IMG/VR virus record: IMGVR_UViG_3300047548_001122 | Span: 62,001 to 126,000 of that record | DNA: 64,000 nt | Direction: 5' to 3' (one strand) | Shown here: piece after piece, positions 28,069-39,400 of the stretch | Layout: every line of letters begins with the position of its first letter | How positions within the stretch are numbered: position 1 is the stretch's first letter | Made by a program: the position numbers and the translations under genes | The notes under the pieces: model-generated | Told to the model about the DNA's origin: nothing | The model's input: only the letters and a program-made list of their open reading frames with translations | The model's database searches: none

Positions 28069-28401
28069 GTGGCTGAATTTGTAGAACTTACTATAGACCA
28101 GGGTGCGACTTTTAACACCGTTATTACTGTAAATGATGGTACCGGCGCAGGCCAGAACTTATATGGTTATACCGCCAGGTCGCAGATGAGAAAATCTTAC
28201 TATTCCTCAACAAAATACGATTTTAATGTTCAGGTGACTACTCCCAATATTGGAGAAATTACCATGATTATGTCGGCAGCAAACACCGCAAATTTAACAC
28301 CAGGACGATACGTTTATGATGTAGAAATAGATGATGGAGAAGGTGAGGTGACTAGGATTTTTGAAGGTGTAATTACTGTCCTTCCTAACGTTACGAGATA
28401 A
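28069..28401 (+). CDS. Conserved small virion-associated protein
   Basis: LTIDQGATF, ARSQMRKSYYS, GRYVYDVEI...RIFEG motif common next to phage fibre genes; GTG start with GAGGAG. Confidence 0.7.
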   Translation: MAEFVELTIDQGATFNTVITVNDGTGAGQNLYGYTARSQMRKSYYSSTKYDFNVQVTTPNIGEITMIMSAANTANLTPGRYVYDVEIDDGEGEVTRIFEGVITVLPNVTR

Positions 28402-28403
28402 AA

Positions 28404-28604
28404 ATGCCAATAAATGTAAACGTAAAACCTCAAAAAACAACCATTTCTTCGGTGACCGTAGCTAGAACTGCAAACCTAAGTCTTTCCCAATTAAACAACG
28501 TGGAAACTCAAGGATCACAAGATGGTTATGTTTTGACATATGAAGAAGGTTCAAATAAGTTTGTTATGAAAGAAATTCCAGTAATTAATGGTGGAAGTTT
28601 CTAA
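28404..28604 (+). CDS. Small hypothetical virion-associated protein
   Basis: 66 aa; LSQLNNV..QDGYVLTY and terminal INGGSF motifs typical of fibre-associated peptides. Confidence 0.6.
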   Translation: MPINVNVKPQKTTISSVTVARTANLSLSQLNNVETQGSQDGYVLTYEEGSNKFVMKEIPVINGGSF

Positions 28605-31600
28605 GTGTCAACAGCGATTGTAACCAAGTATTCCACAGCGAATACTGTTCCTGAACCAAATCAGTTATTAGGTGGAGAATTAGCTTATTCTTTTGCCTCC
28701 GGAAATTTGTTCATTGGAACAGATGCCGGATCTTATGAGATTATTGGTGGTACCTATTACACCTCATTAATTGATGCTAGAAGTAATACCACTTCAACGA
28801 ACACTTTAGTCACCCGCGATTTGCTGGGAGATATACGTTCCAGAGTCTTTATATCTTCTTCTATAGGATCAGGATTTGTAGGTAATCTCCAAGGTATAGC
28901 AGATTCAGCAAATACACTTTTCACTCCAGTTGAAATATCTTTAACTGGAAATGTATCTGGAAATGTTGTAACCGATTTTGCTAATAATGTAACATTACAA
29001 GTTACACTAGAAACGACCGGAGTTAATTCTGGTACTTACGGAAATTCAACCTCGATACCAGTAATAACTGTAGATGAAACAGGTAGAATTACTAGCGCTT
29101 CTAATTTAGCAATATCTGTAGCTTCTGAGCAACAAGCAAATGCTGCTTTTCAACAAGCAAATCTTGCAAATGTACTTGCACAGGCCGCATTTGATGCTGC
29201 AAACAGTTCTACTCCCTCTTTTAATCAAACCGCATTTGATCACGCTAACGCAGCATTTAACACAGCAAATACTGTATTAGTTGTATCGACATATGCGAAT
29301 TCTGGTTTTGAAATAGCAAATATTGCTTTATTCAATTCCTTAGCTGCGTATCGACATGCTAATGCAGCATTTAATGCAGCGAATACAGATTTAAGTGCTA
29401 ATGATACGGCAAATGCTGCATATGATTTAGCTACTTTTATTTCAACATCTGTTAATGCTGCTTTTAATGTAGCAAACACTGCTTTATCTGAATCAGGTAA
29501 TACAGCAGATAACTTTGATGCTTTAAGTAATAGTGTAGAGGATCTACAAGCTCTTTCTCAAAATGCAGCTGCTATTGCTATTACAACAAACGTAACTACA
29601 ACATTAGCCTATACTCAAGCCAATGCGGCATTTAATGCAGCTAATACTAAACTAAGTTTGACTGGTGGAACAGTAACAGGTAATCTATTTGTTACTGGCA
29701 ATTTAACTGTCGCAGGAAATGTAAGTTATATTGCAACAAATCATTTGAATATTGGTGATAATATCATCACCTTAAATGCCGATTTAGGACAATTGGCGAC
29801 ACCAACAGAAAATGCTGGTATAGAAGTAGAAAGAGGATCTTCCGCTAACGTTTCTATAATTTGGAACGAAAGTTTAGATAGTTGGACATTTACAAATGAC
29901 GGAACCAATTTCTCGAATGTTGGATCCGCAGCGGCTTCGTCTTATGCCAATTCTGCATTTGAACTTTCAAATTCCGTTTTTTCTATATCCACACAAAATG
30001 GTTTAGGAATAACATCTGCATACAGACATGCAAATGCTGGATTTAACTTTGCTAACACAGCAAATAATCACGCTAATACGGCATATACTCATGCAAATGC
30101 TGCCTATGTTCAAGCGAATACACCAAGTCAACATGCAAATTCGGCTTATATACATGCAAATGCTGCCTTTGCAACGGCAAACGCTTTAAATCCGTCATTT
30201 AACCAATCTGCTTTCGACAGAGCTAATGCGGCATTTCAGTCGTCAAATAATGTTGCGAATGTAGTTGGTTCTTATGCTAACTCTTCATTCGATAGAGCTA
30301 ACGCTGCATTTGCTTTTGCAAATACAATTTCCTTAGGTGCAACTGACATATATGCCAGAACACACGCTAATGCTGCATTTGCTAATAGTAACGCTATATT
30401 TAATTTTGCAAACTCTTCGTATTTGCAAGCAAATCTATCTACAATTATTGCGCTTGCGGCATACGCTACTGCAAACTCTGTTGATGCTTCAGCTGGACAA
30501 GGTGGATGGGATAAAGCTAATGCTGCGTATGATTTTTCAAATACCACTTTTATACATGCTAATGCAGCGTTCACCTTTGCAAATCTTTTATCCACAACAA
30601 CGATAGATTTTTATGCAAGACCCCATGTAAATGCAGCTTTTAGCCAAGCCAATTCTTCATATTTACATACTAATGCTGCGTTCGATGTTGCAAACACCAA
30701 ATTCAACTCTTCTGGCGGCACAATTTCAGGTGATGTTACTCTAAATGGTAATTTAACTATTCAGGGGTCTTCCGTTTTAGTCAGTGTTCCTACACTTTCG
30801 GTTGAAGATAATATTATCGACATTTCGGCAGAAACAATAGGAACACCGACACAAAATGCCGGTATTAGAGTTATTCGTGGTGATGAAGTTCCGGTTCAAT
30901 TTAGATGGAACGAATCTTTATTAAAATGGACCTTTACGAATGATGGTATCAATTATAGTTCTGTAGCTTCAGATGCCGGTGAGCAATATGCAAATGCAGC
31001 ATACTTACATGCTAATGCTGCATTTAGATCACAAAATACAACTGGTGTATACGCCAACTCAGCGTATCTAAGTCAGAATACCACAGGCGTTTATGCTAAT
31101 GCGGCCTATGCTCATGCTAATACTAAGTTTGCTTCAGCAGGTGGTACAATTTCTGGAGATGTTTTAGTATCAGGTAATTTAACAATTGTTGGTCAAACAA
31201 TATATGCCAATACTGAAACTGTTGTAATTAAAGATAACATTATTACTTTAAATGCTGCGATTAATCAAGCAGCTTCTCCTCAATTTAATGCAGGTTTCGA
31301 GGTTGATAGAGGAAGTTCATCTAATGTTTCTTTTATTTGGAATGAAACTGTAGATAATTGGCAATACACTGTTGACGGTTCCAATTTTGTAAATTTATCA
31401 TCTGCATCGGCTGAATCTTACGCAAACGCAGCATTTTTAGCGCAAAATACAACAGGTAGTTATGCTAATTCTGCATACGATCAAGCTAACGTTGCATATA
31501 ACACTGGAGTTACTTCTGGTGTATATGCTAATGCTGCATACACACTAGCTAATACTTTAACAACGGCAGCAGTAGATTCTTATGCAAGACCTCATGTTAA

Positions 31601-33053
31601 TGCTGCATTTAATCATGCCAATTCGTCATTTGATTTAGCAAACACTGCAAGTCAAAGATCGATTAGTGCAGAATCCTATGCAAATGGAGCTTTCTCTTCT
31701 GCAAATACTGCGGATCAAAAAGCAATAACATCTGGATCTTATGCTAATTCAGCGTATAATCTTGCAAACACAAATGTTACGAATGTACTAACAGCAGATC
31801 AGAAAGCTTCTAGTGCTGGAGATTACGCTAATTCTTCTTTCGTAAAAGCTAACACCGCAGACCAAAGAGCAATAACATCTGGATCTTATGCTAATGCGGC
31901 TTACAATCAAGCAAACACTGCAACAACAACTGCAACCACAGCAGATCAAAAAGCAATAACATCTGGATCTTATGCTAATTCTGCATACAGTTTAGCCAAT
32001 ACAAAATATTCTGCATCGGGTGGTACAATTTCTGGTGATGTTGTTATAACAGGAAATATTACTGTACAAGGAAATACTGCTTCATTTAGTGTACCACATT
32101 TTATTTCTCAAGATGGTATTTTAGAAGTTAATGCAGAACAAATAGGAAGTAATCCTACAGAAAACGCTGGCTTAAGAGCTATGCGTGGAGATTTAAATCC
32201 AACATCTTTATTGTGGAATGAATCAACAGATTCATGGACTTTCACTAATGACGGAACAAATTATAACAACATAGCTTCATCGTCCGCTGAAGTTTATGCT
32301 AATGCAGCATTTAGAACTCAAAATACAACCGCAATTTATGCTAATTCAGCGTTTGATGTCGCAAATACAGCTTTAACGGCTGGTGGCACCATTGCAGGTG
32401 GATATGCAAATTCTGCTTTCGCTGCGGCTAATAGTGCAGGCAGTTATGCCAACTCTGCATATCAAAGTCAGAACACAACTGGCACATACGCTAATTCATC
32501 ATACATTCATGCTAATGCAGCGTACACAAGTCAAAACACTACAGGTGTTTATGCTAATGCTGCATTTAATAAAGCTAACAGTTCTATAACTAGTTCTGGT
32601 GGTACAATTTCTGGTGATTTAACTATTACTGGCAATTTAACTATTACAGGTAACACCGTATATCATTCTGCTAACGATTTTATAGTTAATGACCCCATAG
32701 TACTTTTAGCAAATAATAATGTCGGAAATATTTTAGATGTCGGATTTGTTGCTCACTATGTTGAAGAATCAACGACAAAACACACCGGATTAATAAAAGA
32801 TGTATCAGCTAATGTTTGGTACCTCTTTGATAACTATAGTCCCCATGTACAAGAAACTAATATATTAGATGTTTCGGACAGTTCGTTTAGAGTAGCTAAT
32901 CTTACCGCTAATTTAATTACATCAACAATAAGTGTTAGAGGTTATGATCCTGTAAATCATGCAAACAGCGTTTACGCTCACGCAAATGCATCTTATACTG
33001 CTGCCAATACAGCTATAGCTGACGCATTAGCTTTTGCCATTGCGCTAGGATAA
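28605..33053 (+). CDS. Long modular tail fibre-like protein
   Basis: N-terminal PxxLxxGELA motif, TGVNSGTYGNSTSIPVITVDETGRITSA repeat, YANxAF/Y heptad stalks interrupted by five GGTISGD...W beta modules; ends AIALG. Confidence 0.75.
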   Translation: MSTAIVTKYSTANTVPEPNQLLGGELAYSFASGNLFIGTDAGSYEIIGGTYYTSLIDARSNTTSTNTLVTRDLLGDIRSRVFISSSIGSGFVGNLQGIADSANTLFTPVEISLTGNVSGNVVTDFANNVTLQVTLETTGVNSGTYGNSTSIPVITVDETGRITSASNLAISVASEQQANAAFQQANLANVLAQAAFDAANSSTPSFNQTAFDHANAAFNTANTVLVVSTYANSGFEIANIALFNSLAAYRHANAAFNAANTDLSANDTANAAYDLATFISTSVNAAFNVANTALSESGNTADNFDALSNSVEDLQALSQNAAAIAITTNVTTTLAYTQANAAFNAANTKLSLTGGTVTGNLFVTGNLTVAGNVSYIATNHLNIGDNIITLNADLGQLATPTENAGIEVERGSSANVSIIWNESLDSWTFTNDGTNFSNVGSAAASSYANSAFELSNSVFSISTQNGLGITSAYRHANAGFNFANTANNHANTAYTHANAAYVQANTPSQHANSAYIHANAAFATANALNPSFNQSAFDRANAAFQSSNNVANVVGSYANSSFDRANAAFAFANTISLGATDIYARTHANAAFANSNAIFNFANSSYLQANLSTIIALAAYATANSVDASAGQGGWDKANAAYDFSNTTFIHANAAFTFANLLSTTTIDFYARPHVNAAFSQANSSYLHTNAAFDVANTKFNSSGGTISGDVTLNGNLTIQGSSVLVSVPTLSVEDNIIDISAETIGTPTQNAGIRVIRGDEVPVQFRWNESLLKWTFTNDGINYSSVASDAGEQYANAAYLHANAAFRSQNTTGVYANSAYLSQNTTGVYANAAYAHANTKFASAGGTISGDVLVSGNLTIVGQTIYANTETVVIKDNIITLNAAINQAASPQFNAGFEVDRGSSSNVSFIWNETVDNWQYTVDGSNFVNLSSASAESYANAAFLAQNTTGSYANSAYDQANVAYNTGVTSGVYANAAYTLANTLTTAAVDSYARPHVNAAFNHANSSFDLANTASQRSISAESYANGAFSSANTADQKAITSGSYANSAYNLANTNVTNVLTADQKASSAGDYANSSFVKANTADQRAITSGSYANAAYNQANTATTTATTADQKAITSGSYANSAYSLANTKYSASGGTISGDVVITGNITVQGNTASFSVPHFISQDGILEVNAEQIGSNPTENAGLRAMRGDLNPTSLLWNESTDSWTFTNDGTNYNNIASSSAEVYANAAFRTQNTTAIYANSAFDVANTALTAGGTIAGGYANSAFAAANSAGSYANSAYQSQNTTGTYANSSYIHANAAYTSQNTTGVYANAAFNKANSSITSSGGTISGDLTITGNLTITGNTVYHSANDFIVNDPIVLLANNNVGNILDVGFVAHYVEESTTKHTGLIKDVSANVWYLFDNYSPHVQETNILDVSDSSFRVANLTANLITSTISVRGYDPVNHANSVYAHANASYTAANTAIADALAFAIALG

Positions 33054-33056
33054 ATA
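33050..33056 (+). promoter_or_regulatory. Late promoter-like motif ATAAATA
   Basis: Overlaps the fibre stop codon, ~20 nt before 33077. Confidence 0.5.
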
Positions 33057-33076
33057 TCGTTTATTGAGGAAAATAA

Positions 33077-33403
33077 ATGGCAAATACATTTAAAAACAGT
33101 TTTCAACAAGGCGTAGGCCAAACCGCAACAACAATTTATACAGCAGGATCAGGCGTTCAAGCAACAGTTATTGGTTTAACAATAGCTAATATTACTAGTA
33201 ATGATGTACGTGCGAATGTTTTCGTCAATTCTTCTGGAACAGATTATTTCATAGTTAAAAACGCAACGATAGAACCTGGAAGTGCATTAGTACCTGTTGG
33301 AGGAGACCAAAAACTTGTTTTAGAATCTAGTGATTTTCTTAGAGTTCAATCGGACACATCTTCTTCTTTAGATGTTGTTTTAAGCGTATTAGAAATAACA
33401 TAA
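33077..33403 (+). CDS. Conserved 108-aa fibre-associated protein (paralogue of 40812)
   Basis: MANTFKN...IYTA...IVKNATI..GSALV..GG.KLVLE..D.L...LDVVLSVLEIT. Confidence 0.7.
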   Translation: MANTFKNSFQQGVGQTATTIYTAGSGVQATVIGLTIANITSNDVRANVFVNSSGTDYFIVKNATIEPGSALVPVGGDQKLVLESSDFLRVQSDTSSSLDVVLSVLEIT

Positions 33404-33404
33404 A

Positions 33405-36400
33405 ATGACATATTCATACATTGGCAATCAATCTAATAGTCAAGAAAAAAGAATAAAAGCTGATGCCAATTCGGCACATTTAACAGCTAATTCTTCCGGC
33501 ATATATGCTAATGCAGCTTTTGCTGCTGCAAATATTGCCGATCAAAAATCTTTAAGTGCGAGTTCTTATGCCAACTCAGCATACAATACTTCAAATTCCT
33601 CATCGAGTTATGCGAATTCATCTTATATACACGCTAACTCTGCTTATGCAAGCCAAAACACTACTGGTGACTACGCCAATTCAGCTTTTGCTGTAGCTAA
33701 CGTTACTTCTTCTGGAGGAGTTACTTCTGGTGTTTATGCTAATGCTGCATTTCAAGCAGCTAATAGTTCTGGTTCTTATGCTAATTCTGCATATCTAAGC
33801 CAAAATACTAGTGGCGTTTATGCTAACTCGGCATTTGGTGTTGCTAACACCGCAGACCAAAGAGCAGTAACATCTGGTGTATATGCTAATGCAGCTTATG
33901 GTGTCGCTAATACAAAATACTCTTCATCGGGTGGTACAATTTCTGGTGATGTAAATATAACTGGTAGTTTAACTGTAAGTGGAACTACAACCACAATAAA
34001 CACTGAGACTCTAAATGTTGCTGATAATTTAATAGATTTAAATAGTAACTTTACCACTGGTACACCAACAGAAAATGCAGGCATTAGAGTTATAAGAGGT
34101 GATGAACTTGCAGTGCAGTTTAGATGGAATGAATCGTCATTAAAATGGACTTTTTCTAATGATGGTGTAAATTATAGTGCAGTTGGTTCTCAAGCGGCTG
34201 AAAGTTATGCTAACTCTGCTTTTCAAGCAGCAAATAGTGCTGGTTCTTATGCTAACTCGGCATTTGGTGTTGCTAATACTGCTGACCAGAGATCAGTAAC
34301 ATCTGGTGTATATGCTAATGCAGCTTACAATCAATCAAACACCGCAACCATAAATGCGGCTACGGCAGATCAAAGAGCAATAACATCTGGTGTATATGCT
34401 AATTCGGCATACACTCATGCAAATTCTGCTTTTAATTTTGCAAACACACTTAATGAATCTTCCACATCAGCAAGTTCTTATGCGAATTCAGCATTTGGTG
34501 TTGCTAATACTGCCGATCAAAGAGCAGTAACTTCTGGTTCTTATGCTAATGCTGCGTATGCAGTAGCAAATACCGCAGACCAAAGAGCAGTAACTTCAGG
34601 CGATTACGCTAATTCAGCATATCTAAGTCAAAACACAACTGGTGTATATGCTAACTCGGCATTTGGTGTTGCTAATACTGCTGACCAAAGATCAGTTACT
34701 TCCGGCGACTATGCTAATTCGGCATTTTCAAGTCAAAATACAAGTGGTGTATATGCTAATGCGGCATATACACATGCGAATACAAAATATTCTTCTTCGG
34801 GTGGTACGATTTCTGGTGATGTTAATATCACCGGTAGTTTAACCGTAAGTGGATCAGTAACTTATATTGATACTAATCAATTAAATATTGGTGATAATGT
34901 AATTAATCTAAATGCTGATATCGACCCTCTCGATAATCCAACAGAAAATGCTGGTATTAGTGTTGATAGAGGTTTCGAAGCTAATTCTTCTTTCATTTGG
35001 AATGAAAATGTAGATTCTTGGCAATATAGTAAAGATGGAACCAACTTTAGTAATGTTGGTTCTGCAGCGGCAGAATCTTATTCGAATAGTGCTTATCTAC
35101 ATGCCAATTCATCATTTACAAGTCAGAATACAACCGGTGTTTACGCAAACTCAGCGTTTAGTGTTGCTAACATTGCTGACCAAAGAGCAGTAACCTCTGG
35201 CGATTATGCAAACTCATCTTTTGCATTTGCTAATACCGCAGATCAGAAAGCTGTAAGTGCTGGTGATTATGCTAATTCTGGATATACTACTGCTAATACC
35301 GCAGATCAAAGAGCAGTAACTTCTGGACTATATGCAAATTCAGCATACACACATGTTAATGCTTCATATAATGCAGCGAATACGAAATTCAGTTCTTCGG
35401 GTGGCACAATTTCTGGTGACGTTACTATTACAGGTAATATTACTGTACAGGGATTAAATGCAACATTAAGTGTTCCTAATTTATCAGTTGAAGATAATAT
35501 TATTGACATTTCTTCAGAAACAACAGGAACTCCTGTTAATAATTCTGGAATAAGAGTTAATAGAGGTGATGAATCTCCTGTTCAGTTTAGATGGAATGAA
35601 TCAAATAAGAATTGGGAATTTACTAAAGATTCTATAACATATAGTAATATATCTTCACAAGCAGCTGAAATTTATGCAAACGCTGCATTTGAGGCGGCTA
35701 ATGCGGCTTCTTTATCTGGTGGTATTATTTCTGGTGGTTATGCCAATGCTGCATTTGAGGCTGCGAATAGTGCTGGTTCTTATGCCAATTCTTCATTCGC
35801 AAGTCAAAACGCAACTGGTGTTTATGCAAACTCAGCGTTTGGTGTTGCAAATACCGCAGATCAGAAATCTGTAACTTCAGGTGATTACGCTAATTCAGCA
35901 TTTGGTACTGCGAACTCGGCTTCCAGTTACGCTAATGGTTCTTTTGCTGCAGCTAATACCGCAGATCAGAAAGCTGTAACTTCAGGTGACTATGCTAATT
36001 CGGCTTATATACAAGCAAATGCAGCTTTTGATTTTTCAAATACTTTTACTAGTTCAGCGGCATCAGCATCCGATTACGCAAACTCAGCATTTTCTGTTGC
36101 CAACTCAGCATCTAGTTTTGCTAACGGTTCTTTTGCCGCAGCTAATACCGCAGATCAAAAAGCACTTACTTCGGGTGATTACGCTAATTCATCTTATACT
36201 CAGGCCAATACTGCAACAACTGACGCTGCAACGGCAGATCAAAAGGCAGTAAGTGCTGGTTCATATGCAAACTCTGGTTTTAGTAAAGCTAACTCGGCGT
36301 TTAATACTGCTAATTATGCTAGTCCACATGCGAATTCTTCATACCTTCACGCTAATGCAGCATTCACTTATGCAAATACTGTTGCTCTTGGTGGTGCTTT

Positions 36401-39400
36401 CCAGATTAGTGTTCTGAATGACACTTTTGTTGGCGATGGCACAACAGTTGCTTTTGATTTAAATGCTACTCCACCAAATGAAGATTACGTATTAATTACT
36501 ATTGAAGGTATAACACAATTAAAATCTTCATACACTGTAACCGGAAATACCGTTACTTTTTTAGATGAAGCTCCAGCAACCAATTCTAGAATTGATGTAA
36601 CAACTTTTACTAGTTCACAAATTATAGCGGATGAAAGTGCATATAGACACGCTAATTCTGGACACTTGGTTGCAAATGCGGCAAGTTCTTACGCCAACTC
36701 TGCATTTAATCATGCGAATTCAGCTTATGAATTAGCAAATACAATATCATTCGGTGGTTCATTTAGTGTTAGTGTCGTTTTAGATAATTTTGTAGGTAAT
36801 GGATCTTGTACAGCATTTTCTCTAACTACAACGCCTGCTAGTGAAAATTATACTTTAGTAACTATTGAAGGTATCACTCAGTTAAAATCTTCATATACTT
36901 TAAGTGGAAGTACAATCACTTTTGTAGAAGCTCCAGCAACCAATTCTAGAATTGATATAACAACATTTACAAGTTCACAAGACTTAATAGACGCATCAGC
37001 ATTTGATAAAGCCAATCTCGCAGCAAACATTGCTAATTCTGCAAGTTCTTATGCTAATTCAGCATTTATAACAGCAAATACTCCAAGCAATACAGCTAAT
37101 TCTGCAAGTTCTTATGCTAATGGTGCTTTTGTTGCTGCGAATACAGCTAATCAAAGAGCGTTAACATCAGGTGATTATGCAAATTCTGGATTTACTTTAG
37201 CTAATACAGCAAATCAAAGAGCTGTCACTTCTGGTGCATATGCCAACTCATCTTATTTACATGCTAATGCTTCTTATGTAAGTCAAAATACTACAGGCGT
37301 ATATGCTAATGCTTCTTTCACTTTGGCGAACACTGCCGATCAGAGAGCTGTAACTTCTGGTTCTTATGCTAATTCTGCTTATGTTGCTGCAAATACCGCA
37401 GACCAAAAAGCTGTAACATCGGGTGTTTATGCTAATGCGGCTTATAGTGCTGCCAATACGGCAGATCAGAGAGCAGTAACATCTGGTGATTATGCTAACT
37501 CTGCTTATGGTGTTGCAAATACAAAACTTTCTACGAGCGGCGGTACAATTTCTGGCGATTTAACAGTTACAGGAAATCTAACTGTATCTGGTAATACTTT
37601 ATCCATAGAAGCTACAAGTTTAAGTGTTGAAGATAATATGATTTATCTCAATGCTAACAACACGGTGGCTAATCCAGATTTAGGTTTTGCTGGTAATTAC
37701 AACGATGGAACATACGCTCATGCTGGATTGTTCAGAGATGCTACAGATGGTACCTGGAAGTTTTACTATAATTATCAACTAGAACCAGACGCTTCACCAT
37801 ACATCGACACAACACATGCATCATTTAGAATTGCAAATCTAACAGCAAATATAATTTCTGATATTGTGAGTATCAGAGGATATGATCCAGTAAATCACAC
37901 CAATTCTGCATTTGATTCTGCTAATACCGCAGATCAAAAAGCAGTAAGTGCAGGATCATACGCAAATTCATCATTTAGTATATCGAATGTTGCTGACCAG
38001 AGAGCAGTAACTTCTGGTTCTTATGCTAATGCAGCTTATGATACTGCTAATACCGCAGATCAAAGAGCAATCACCTCAGGAACTTATGCTAATGCTGGAT
38101 TTGCAATAGCTAACACCGCAGATCAAAGAGCTGTAACTTCTGGTTCTTATGCTAATTCTGCTTATGTTGCTGCAAATACCGCAGACCAAAAAGCTGTAAC
38201 ATCGGGTGTTTATGCTAATGCTGCTTATAGTTTAGCAAATACACTATCTTCTGGATCTGTTGATAATTATGCAAGACCTCACGCAAATGCCGCTTACGAT
38301 ACAGCAAATTCAGCCAGTTCATATGCGAATTCTGCTTTTGCTGCAGCCAATAATGCGGTAGATACTTGGGTAAGAGATGCAGCTAACTCAGCAAGTTCTT
38401 ATGCAAATAGTGGATATAGCAGGGCTAACACCGCAGATCAAAGAGCAGTAACTTCGGGCGTTTATGCTAATGCATCATATGACCAAGCAAATACTGGAAA
38501 TGTCACAGCGCAGTTTGCCTATGATGCTGCAAATTTAGCCTCATCAAATGCAACTTCAAGTTCTTCTTACGCCAATGGAGCATTTTCTAGAGCAAACACG
38601 GCTGAAGTTACTGCAATTTCAGCTGACACAAAGGCAACAAATGCAGGAAATTACGCTAACTCGGCATACATTCAAGCAAACGCCGCATTTAGTTATGCAA
38701 ACACTTTAGCAAGCGCATCAATTGATCCTTACGCTAGAAATACAGCCAATGCGGCAAGTTCGTATGCAAATTCTGCTTACACTCAAGCAAATACACCAAG
38801 TCATGTAGCTAATGCTGCTTCTAGTTATGCTAACTCAGCTTACGCATATGCGAATACTAGATTGGGTGCCACTGGTGGTGTTATTTCTGGTGACTTGACC
38901 GTTACGGGTAATTTAACAATACAAGGTAATACAACTTACGTTGAAACTGAAGTTTTAAGTATATTTGATAATATAATTGACCTTAACAGTAATTTTATCG
39001 CAGGTACTCCTACAGAAAATGCTGGAATAAGAATAATTAGAGGCGATTTAAATGCGGCACAACTTCGTTGGAATGAAACTTCAGATTATTGGGAATTTAC
39101 AAATGATGGAACCAATTATAGTAATGTTGGTTCTGCTGCAGCAGAGTCTTATGCAAATTCTGCTTTTGCTGCTGCCAATAATGCCACTGATACATGGGTA
39201 AGAAGTGCAGCAAATGCTGCTTCTAGTTATGCTAATTCTGCATATGCATCTGCCAATACTGCTGATCAAAAAGCAGTAAGTGCTGGCGCATATGCTAATG
39301 CTGCTTTTGCTGTTGCTAATACTGGAGGTGGTGTAACCACAGACTCTTATGCTAGAGAACACGCAAATAGTGGTTATATTCAAGCTAATGCATCATTTAG

